From Fonticula alba ATCC 38817 (taxonomy: Eukaryota; Protista; Nucleariida): 64,000 nt of DNA. Positions 50,029-59,683 of this stretch are shown in pieces (position 1 is the stretch's first letter; each line of letters opens with the position of its first letter). A model generated the notes under the pieces. The model made no database searches. It saw only the letters and a list, made by a program, of their open reading frames with translations, and was not told the DNA's origin. Made by a program: the position numbers and the translations under genes. Location of the stretch: assembly GCA_000388065.2 (NCBI GenBank), contig KB932204.1, one strand, 5' to 3'.

Positions 50029-52680
50029 CTAGGAGGTGGGCGCCGCGAACAGCGGGTTGTCGGCGGTCGTGGTGCGCGACGTGAACAGGGGATTGTTGTT
50101 GTCGGTGCCGCCCAGATCGGCCGCCTGCTTGCTGCTTGCCAGGAGGCCATTCTTGGCGGCGTACTTGACGGCGAAGACGGCTCCGGCGGCCACCAGCCCG
50201 GCGGCGGCCACCGCGCCGACGGCGATGCCGACAATGGCCCCGGTGCCGAGGTTCGAGCAGGCGTCCTCCGGGCGGACACACTGATCGCACGAGTCCACCA
50301 CCATCGGCGGGTTCTGCTGGTCGGCCAGGAACCAATTGCCGCCGCAATCCTGCATGCAGATCTCCCGGTTGGCCTCGACATCGGCGGCCGGGATGCACTG
50401 GCCGCAATCGGTCAGGACCATGTCCCCGCCGAAGCGCCCACTGCAATCCGGCAGGCAGGCCTCGCTCTCCTCCCACTTGCCATCCCAATCGGTCGGCACA
50501 CAGAAGCCGCACGAGTCGAGGGTCTCGAGCTTGAAGCACTCGCCCGTTCCACAGGGGCTCAGGTCCTGGTTGCAGACATATGTCCCGGTGGAGGCGGCCA
50601 CCAGGCCGGAGGCGGCAGCGGCCGCCGGCGATTCGTCGCCCAGGCTGTTGCAGCACATGCCGCACTCGTCGAAAAGCTCGTACTGGTCGACACCGGCCAG
50701 GACCACGTCACCCGGGCACCGGCCACAGCGGTCACGCTCGCGCACCGTGCCGTCCTTGGTCACATCGCAGGCATTGGTCTCCGGGCACTGGTGGCAGGCC
50801 TCGAAGGAGGTGTCCGTGTAGAGGTCATGGCACCGAACCAGGAGCCCGGCCTCGTAGGGGTCCTCCTCCGGCGAGGAGAGGCACCCGCACTCGCGGCCCT
50901 CGGCCATCACCAGCTGGGCATTGAACTTCGGGTCATCCGGGCTGGAGTGGCAGATGCCACACCGGTCGGAGTTCCGGTTGAAGTTGCTCAAGTCCGCGGC
51001 CTGGTGGCACTCGCCGCAGAAGTCCACCGCCGCACGGCGGGCATCCGTCACCAGCAAGTACTTGCCACTGCAATCGGCCGTGCAGGACTCCTCCGAGTTG
51101 TAGCCCGGGGTAATGCGACACAGGCCGCAGGGGTCCAGGTCGGCGTTCCACTCGGCCGAGCCGACCAGCCGGCAGACGCCGCAATCGTCGCGCTCGCTCT
51201 TGGGCTTGGTGTTGGACAGGTGATGGGCCCCGGCGCAATCCTGCACACACCACGGCTCCTCCGAGTCGCTGAGCCGGCAGCGGCCGCACTTGTCCACGAA
51301 GGCCGCTCCGCCCCAGGTCCCGGCGCAGTCCTTCTGGCAGGAGTACTCCTGCTTCGGCTGGGCCGGCATGCACTTGCCGCATGGGTCGACCCAGTGCTGG
51401 GCGCCGCTCTCCGGGGTGTTGGGATTGGCGTCGGCCTTCTCGGCGGCAAACCAAATGCCAGCGCAGTCGCGCTTGCAGCGGGCATGACGCTCGGGCGCCG
51501 CCGAGCCGGCCGCTCCACCGGCTGGCCGGGCGTCGAAGCAGAGCCCGCACTCGTCCAGACGATGGCGCGCCCCGGCCGGGGCCAGGTAATGGTCCCCGGC
51601 GCAGTCGACCAGACACTGGCACTTGTCCGACCCCGGGGGACAGGTGTTTCGATCCTCCAGGCTGCACAGCAGCTGGCCGCAGGGGTCCTTCCCGCGGACG
51701 CCATTGCACTTGCCGCATTCATTCTTGTCGGCATTGGTGCCGCCACAGACGCCGCACTCATCGCGCGCCACCACGCTCTTGGGATCCGAGGTGTACACTT
51801 CGCGGCAGGAGTCCCAGACACATGCCGGGGCCGGGGGTGGTCCCTGCCCACCGGGGCCCGGGGCCACACGATGGCAGGTCCCGCAGGCGTCGACCTCATT
51901 CTCGGGCGCGGTCTTGCCTTCCATGAAGTAGGCCCCGGCGCAGTCCTTCTGGCATTTCTCATGCACGCGGGCGGCCCACTTGCCGGGGCTGGGAGCATAG
52001 CCGGGCATGCAGTTGCCGCATGGGTCGGTCAGGTTGGCCGGCTCCTCGGTGTCCTGGCGGTAGTATTGGTTCTTGCAGTCGCGCTGGCAATCGGTGTGGG
52101 TCTGGCCGCCGGCCGTGCAGAAGCCGCATTGGTCGAGGCTGAAGGCCGGCTCCTCGCCCTGCTGGTACTTGTTGCCCTTGCAGTCGGTGCTGTGGGGACG
52201 ACACGGGGGGGGGTCAGTCATTTTTCCGGGAGCGCGTATGCGGGGGGGGNNNNNNNNNNNNNNNNNNNNNNNNNNNNNNNNNNNNNNNNNNNNNNNNNNN
52301 NNNNNNNNNNNNNNNNNNNNNNNNNNNNNNNNNNNNNTGAGAGTATTTCGCAGGGGGGCCGGTGAGCTTCGAGCTGGCAGCGGCCTCCGATGGCCTTATA
52401 ATATGGGAGGGCTGTGCGGCAGGAGTCGAGCATGTCGTCTCGGGTCTCTCTCTCATACACCTACTATGCACATGCGTGCGTGTGCGTGTGTGTCTCGGGA
52501 ATGCGCAAGAGGGGGTCCCTTGAAGGGGCGCCAACCGGAAATACAATAGGCGAGAGGCTGGCGCCCGGGGGTCTATCCCTCCGCGGAGCATTCGCCGGCG
52601 CCGCTGGCGGCGTTGTCTTCGCACATACACATACACATTTGGACACACTTGCACACTGGGACTCAGGAGACACGATAGCG

Positions 52681-52712
<32 letters not shown>

Positions 52713-55700
52713 GCATGGCACAAGGAGCTACGGCGGGACGGGTTGAGGGACCACACAGGGGTACGTACAGGCATTGGCAATTGGATGTGCAGGTGTCCAG
52801 CGTGCAAAGATTCACCCCGCAGCCATTCTTGCCCATCTTGTACTTCGGGGAGTTGGGGCAGTTGCCACACGGGTCCTTCTGGTAGGTGACCCCCGGGCAC
52901 ATGCGGCAGGCATCGAGATTCTGGTTGAGGTCGGTCACATCGCGGCCGGTGGCCGGGTCGATGCGCTGCTTGACGCAGATGCCGCACACGTCCTGCACAT
53001 AGAAGTCCTCGCCCTCGCGGACCCACTCCTTGCGGCAGTCCTGCTCGCAACGGGCCGGGTTCTTGCGCGAGGTGCACTTGCCGCACTGATCGACGAAGTT
53101 CTCCGACTGGGCCTTGGCACTGTCGTACCACTTGCCGGCGCAGTCCTTGACGCAGGTGTTGGAGCTGGAACGCGGCAGGCACTGGCCGCACTCATTCAGC
53201 ACATTGGCCGGCGTGTCGCCACGACGGTAGCGGGCCCCCTTGCAGTCGGTCAGGCAATTGTCCGGCGGGCTGCTGGCCGGGTGGCACTGGCCGCAGGCGT
53301 CACGGACATTGGCCGGCGAGGTGCCGGTGTACCACTGGCCGGCGCAATCCTGGGCACAGGTGCACTGGTCGGGGCTCTTCTGGCAGAAGGCCGCCTGCTC
53401 CAGGCGACAAAGGGGCACACCGCAGGGGTTGAGCCCGCGCGGGCCATTGCACTCGCCACAGGCGTTCTTCTGCTTGTTCTCGCCCCAGCAGATGCCGCAA
53501 TCGTCCTTGTTCTTGTTGGGGTTGGTGCCGGCCGGCAGGCACTGGCCGCAGTCATCCACAAAGTGCATGGCGGCCTGGCTGGTGCGCCAGGCCCCGGAGC
53601 AGTCCTTCTTGCAGAAGGCCCCCCCATCGACGGTGGTGCATTGGCCGCATTGGTTCTTGCGGGGGGGTTGGACAAAGTGCTCGGACCCGGCAAGGCACTT
53701 GACCGCCAGGCCGGCCTTCCAGCCGGTGGCCAGGTAGTGCGCACGGAAGCCGGCCTTGTCCGAGTCGGAGGTCAGACCGGCGGTGGGGTTGGCCGCGCGA
53801 TAGGCGGCCACATCCGGCTGGCAGGCCTTCAGCGAGATGTTCCACTCGTGCTTCGTGCGGAAGGCCTCGCAGGCGAAGGGCTCCAGGTTGTCCGCGCGGG
53901 CCTTGGTGGCCAGCGCACGGGCATCCTCGCGGAACTTGCTGTCGGCCACCAGGGAGCTGATCGGATCAAACCACGCCGGGCAGATGTCATTCTGCATGTT
54001 GACATTCTTCGGCAGCCCCGAGCGGAAGAAGTTGCCGGAGCAATCCTTTTCGCACCAGCTGCTGGTGGCACCGTCGAGGGTGCAAACGCCGCACTGGTCG
54101 AAGCGGAAGGGGCCGTTGCATGTGCCATTGCAGTCGACCTTGGCCGGGCCGCCGCACACACCCTTGCAATCGAAGACCTGGGGGGGGAGTGGCGGGTTGT
54201 TGGTGGAGCGGGGGCGAGGATTTTCAGCAAGTCCAGTGAGAAGGCCGGCCACGCGAGGAAAGGGCCCCGGAGGCGAGCCGCGGGCCACGGAGGTAACCGT
54301 GGAATGTGCAACATGTCAGTCATCGGGGGAGGGGGTTCTTTCCACTTGGGTATGGGGACTCCCGGCCTGGTGGGGGTCCAGGGAACGGTGCGGGGCGCGG
54401 GTGCCGGGCAAATGGAGCGATGGGGGGGAGAGCGAGACAAACAACAGCCAGGGCCAAGAAAAAAGGCATGGCACCATGGCACGGCCGTCGGTGGCCCCGC
54501 TTGAGGACATGCCACCCGGGCGGCGGGCGCCCCAATTCGGCACCGTACCTTGCCACTATGGCGGACCCCATCGCAGCCGCAGACATCCTTCGGCGGGAGG
54601 CAGGCGTCCTTGGTGCAGGTATACTCCATGCACCGGTCGTCGCACTTGGTCACCACGTCGGTCACCTGGATGAACATGTTCTTGACGAAGTTGTGCGCGT
54701 AGACATCCTGGACGACCTTCTCGATCTGGAACAGACGAATGGTACTGCCGGCATCCAGCATTTGGCCCTGGATGGAATTCCGGGCCAGGGGATCGGCACG
54801 CACGCGCTTGTGCGTGGCGTGCGGGTCGTACCCGGAGAGGTCGCCATTTTCGACATTGAGGTTGGCCTCGCCGAATTGGGCGCTCGTCAGGCAGGTGTTC
54901 TCGTCGTCGAACTTGGAGGGGACGGCCATGAAGACGGTCACCCCGCGGCGGATGAGGATGTCGGCCGTCAGGTCGACCTCCTGCTGGAACTTCTCGAAGT
55001 TGGCCGGGGTCATGGCATTCCGGCCGAGGTTGACGTTGGACTCCGGGGGGCAGAAGAAGCGCCCGGTCGGCTGGCCGGACACCAGGTTGTCCAGCGACAC
55101 CGGCGGATCGCTGTCCTCATCGGTGAAGAGCATCAGCACCGGGTGGGCATCGGCGCGCCAGATGGTGTTGACATTGTGGTCCCGACGGTTGGCCTGGAAG
55201 ACACCGCGAATGGTCTCGAGGGTGCCTTCGTGGCCGCCGTATGTGGAAATCATCGAAATGACCTGCTCAAACTCCTCCAGGGTGTAGTCGTTCAGCGGCT
55301 GGAGGGGGGAATGAGGGGGGGAGGGGGGCACCGGGTGGGGGGTGCGGGACCGGGGGAAGGGCAACCAGTCAGGAACACAGTCATCGGAACGGGGCTCGCG
55401 GCTGCTTGTGCTCGGTGATCGTTGCGATCCGAGAGGATGGCGGCAGGGCGGGACGGGCTTGCCCAACGGATCTGACCCCTTGGTTGGGGGGGTCATCTCG
55501 CCGGAACCGGCCCCCGGACAGGATCAAGGCCAAGTGTGTCGGGGTCAAGTGGAGTGGCTACGCACGGTGAACTTCTTGTCCATGACCGGACCGCGGCCGG
55601 AATAGGTGACGATGGCCACATGGGCGTCGACGTCCGTCTCGGTGAGGAGATTCAGCCAGGTTCGGAGGACTGTGGGGACGGTTAGCGGTGGATGCGACAT

Positions 55701-56156
55701 GCGGCGGGAACCCCATCCGCCCATCAGCTCCCTCTCGGGACATCGATCAGTCGCCTGGGAGAGGCATGCCCCGGGGTCNNNNNNNNNNNNNNNNNNNNNN
55801 NNNNNNNNNNNNNNNNNNNNNNNNNNNNGGGGGGAGGGGGGCGGGGCTTCGAGACCCGGGAAAAGCGCACCATTCTTCACTGCCAGGATGGAGGGGTCCA
55901 TGGACACCGAGACATCGAGCAGGATCAAATAATCGACCTTGGTCCGAGGCGTGACCCCGGCGCACTCGGGGGCATAGCACCGAGGCGGGCCACAGAGGCC
56001 GCCCTTGGGCTGGGCAAGGGCGAGGGCTCGGACACTGGTGGTTCCAATGCTGCAAACCACCAGCAGGGCCAGCAGGCCGAGGGAGACAATGGTTCGCCAG
56101 CCGAAAGGCACCCGGGAGGGGGCAGGGGTGCCGCCGGTGTGGAGTAAGTCCGACAT
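50029..56156 (-). CDS. Type I membrane adhesion-receptor candidate: signal peptide, integrin beta-I-like vWA (MIDAS), Cys-rich repeat stalk, Gly/Ala TM helix, double NPxF tail (integrin-beta/Sib-like)
   Basis: Exons 56156-55871, 55669-55566, 55298-54549, 54177-52769 and 52189-50029 sum to 4710 nt (1569 aa plus stop), with GT..AG ends and matching phases. Hydrophobic N-terminus IVSLGLLALLVVCSIG; YLILLDVSVSM; GGHEGTLE; WRADAHPVLMLFTDEDSD; about 25 [DN]-x-C-G-x-C motifs; TM AIVGIAVGAVAAAGLVAAGAVFAV; tail NNNPLFTSRTTTADNPLFAAPTS*. Confidence 0.85.
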
Positions 56157-58560
56157 GCTGGGCACGCCTTCAGGACCGCACGCCGGGACAGAGGCACGGG
56201 CCAAGGGGGCAGGGTTCCCTCTGTGTGGGGGGGGATGGTGCACGCCGGTCAGTTGTGGGGTATGCATCGAGTCCAAGCAAGACCTCCGTGCCAGATGGTG
56301 GGAACCAAAACACGACAAGAGCGCCATGGGGAGGAGTTGTGGGTGTGGAACGTACACGGCAACTTAAAAGGCGAGACACCGAATGGCTTGATAGACGGGC
56401 AGGCGACTTCGGGGCAGAAGGAGCCCAAACGGCCGTCCGATTGTAGGACGGGCACTGGCGTGGGATGAAAGATGCAAGCAGGGGCAAAGGGTGAGGAGGC
56501 GCGGGGCGCAAGTTGGGGGATTGGGCACAGATGAAGAAGAGAGGGGAGCCAGGAACACCGCTTTGAATGCACATCGCCATTTCCCGGCGCTCAGGTGGAT
56601 TATATAGGTGCATTCGGGGGCAGGCGGGGGCAAGAGGAACACCTGGACGGGCGAGGTCGCGAGGGTGCGTGCATGTCCTGGGACGCCATGCTCGCCACGT
56701 CGCGCCCCCACCTCCTTGACCTCGCCTGGCTCTGCTGCTGGGGTCCTGGGCCGCAGGGCATGCGGTGTGATGGTCGAGAGCGGGCAGGGGTAGGAGGTGG
56801 GGAAAGGGCCGGCGCCTTGGGCGCCACGGGCCGGAGAGGGCCGTCTCGGAAGCGTAACACGTCAGAAGATCGCGGCGGTGTTGCCGGCCGCCGGAGTGGG
56901 GATCGGGCCAGCCTGCCTATTTCCCGCCCTCTTGGCCCCTCCCTCGCCGAACTACGTCTCGGCCTGCTCGGAGGGCGCCAGGCGGCCTGGATGCCCGGGG
57001 GCCCAGTGCCTCCTCCTTTGCAATCTCTCGGACTTGGCTCCTCGGTTGCGGGAGGCATTTCCAGCATGTTGCCAGACTCGGCACATTTCCGGGGATTCTC
57101 CCCTTTCAGCAACCACCACCCATAAGCGGGTTGGAAATCCGCCAGACCGGTTGAATGCTCAGGGAACACATCTTAGCCCCGCACCTCGGCACTGGGCCGA
57201 CCAGGAAACGAGGCCGAAAGTTGGTGGACATGCAGGATACGCATGGGCTCGATAGGCCGCCCGCCTGCAGGGCCCCAGATCCTGCCCCCATGTTCGGGCG
57301 GCTGTCCCCCCCCCCCCGCCTCCCGCGTCCACGAATGGAGGTGAGCATTGAGCCTTGGCTCCTTTCGAGCGGGATGCTCCCCGAGTCGGCGGTCGCGTGC
57401 CAGGCAAGAGGGAATCCCTCGAGGCGCCCTGGGCCGGGTCGCCGAGCAAATTGAGAGCCACACCCAGGGGGGACGGCAGGAATGCGAAACCCTCTCCCGG
57501 AGTGGGGGCGAGGGGCTCGAGCCGCTGGGAGATTGCCAGGTAACCTCTTTCACTGGGACATCCCCCCTGTGGAAATCGATCCCAGGAGACAGAGCCGAAA
57601 GAGGGAAAGGGCTCCATATGTAGGGGATGGGTCGTGGCCGCGCGGCGTGCCGTACTGCAGCTCGGGCCACACATTGCTCGCTTGCGGTGTTCGGCAATGG
57701 GCTCCCCACTCGCGCGAGCACAGCCACCTTGGGGGCATGTCCTGGCTTTCGACCACGCCAGCACGGCGTCGCGGCCGTGGGCAGGGGCTTCCTCCTGAGG
57801 GTGCCACGGGAGTGCCAGCTTCAAAACCAGGCCATTGCCACGGGGCCACAATGCGCTCGTCATCCGATCGCAACAGGAAATTAAGCGCCCAGGCTCCATA
57901 CCCGGGGGATCCTTCCCCTCGCCATGCCTCGCCCTGGCATCTCGCCCGGGCCCTTGGGGCTGGTGTGTCAGAATGAGGGCGGCAAGGGGGGCTGTTTTTC
58001 TTGCTTACTCGGCAATGGGTCGTCTCCCCAACGACAATCCTCGCACAGGCCCCGGTGAATATAAACATGCCCTCGGGACACAGCAGCAGGCTCCCGGCAG
58101 GGACTGCTCATGGTAGGCCCTCGCCGCTCCCGGCCTCCGTCCAAGGCGACACCCTTCATCGATGGGGACCGAGGTCGGGGGCGCCATTTCCCGCGCCGGA
58201 TGGCTGGCACCCGCCAAGTGGGCGCCGCTCGACAATGGGCCCGATGCCGAGAACCCAGCAAGCCAACACTATGTCCGCAGGGAGGGGGGCGGGGGGTGGG
58301 CCAGGGGCGGGCTAGTGTCATGCTGGAGAGGGGCCCGGGGGGAGCCCCGGTGTGTGGAGCCCACCCCACCAAGGCACGACCATGCGCCGGGCTCGGGGGC
58401 CTCGCATCTGGAAATGTATAACTGTCGAGGAGCGTGCGCGCCTCGGCCCCGAAGGAGATCCAGAAAGAGGCCATAGAGAACTGCATCTGTCCCCGGGACC
58501 GACGAAACTGGACAACCCTCCACTGCCAAGGGGTACGAGCGAGAGGGAGAGGGAGGGAGC

Positions 58561-58623
58561 GAATTAATCCGCACCATGGGTGCCCCCCCCCCCCNNNNNN
58601 NNNNGAATTAATCCGCACCATGG

Positions 58624-58638
<15 letters not shown>
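58561..58638. other. Short duplication flanking a 10-N gap (assembly overlap artefact)
   Basis: GAATTAATCCGCACCATGGGTG plus poly-C at 58561-58594 is repeated from 58605. Confidence 0.8.
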
Positions 58639-58672
<34 letters not shown>

Positions 58673-59683
58673 CTCCCACTTGCGCGCGGCCCATGGCGAG
58701 TGGGACAATGAGGCATATGAAACCAGGGCCCAACCCCAACCGTACCTTGGCGCGACAAGAGGGGAAGAGGGGGGCACTTCAGGGGGCGGGCTCCCTGCTC
58801 AGTAAGGCCAATCCAGGGACTAAGGCACCGTGATCCGGCATGCAGGCATCGATCGGGAGCAGAGAAAAGGCAGGCGGGTGCGCATTCGGGCGCGCCGGCC
58901 GGCCCGGCTCCCGGCCTCTCCTTGGCCCCCTCACGAGGCCTCGCCGCCTTTTTTTCGCCCTCCTCCCCGCCACCCACACTCCCCCCCCCCCTTGGGATGG
59001 AGAGGGGGCGAGGGGGCAGGGAGCATCTGGGCGAGGGACAAGGGAATATACGCGACCGGAGGGGGGGAGGAGCCGAACCTGCGCACTTCGGGGAACGATT
59101 AATTCCCTTGTCATCGGTCGGGCTCGGGTCTCGGCGTGAGCAACCCCCTCTTGGATGCCTGATGCGGACGGAAGTGGCCGCCGCCCCCCCCCCCCCCCCC
59201 CCCCGGTGCACTCCAAAAGTGTTGGACGCACGGGTGCATGCGCCACGGCCAGTCCCACTATTACCCACAATGTGCGGGCTGATCCGTCCAACTTCACGTG
59301 ATCGAGTTCAAACTATCTCTGGATCTTCCAGTGCCCTCTACAAACCGCAGCTTGCCAGGGAGGTCCGGGGGCAGGAGGCCCCCAGTATCGGCCTGATGAA
59401 CCATCGCTCCTGCTGCTGCCCAGACGGAGGGGAGGACGGCCACACTCTTCGAAACTCGCCGAAGGACCCCTCCTCAAGCCCGCGGCTTTGAGGTGAAAAT
59501 TGCCCTTCAGACGCCAGGCCGAGGAAGCAATGGGCGCTGGGGCAGCCCCACCCAGACCCTCCCTCCCAGCTGCTTTTCTGTCGGACTCTGCCTCCGCCGT
59601 CCCCCGCGCGCGCCTCCGCACTCTGCATACTTCGCCTCTCTGTCCCTCTCTCTCTCTCCCTGCCTCCTTGACGGCTTGCTGCC

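Noticed and set aside
59294-59301. TCACGTGA (CLEAR/E-box-like) upstream of NPR3 as a regulatory feature
   Set aside because: A single 8-mer palindrome has no statistical weight without genome-wide data.
56200-59680. Possible genes in the 3.5-kb region between the receptor gene and NPR3
   Set aside because: No ORF shows a recognisable motif or consistent exon chain. I treat it as divergent promoter/intergenic DNA, although a small gene cannot be excluded.
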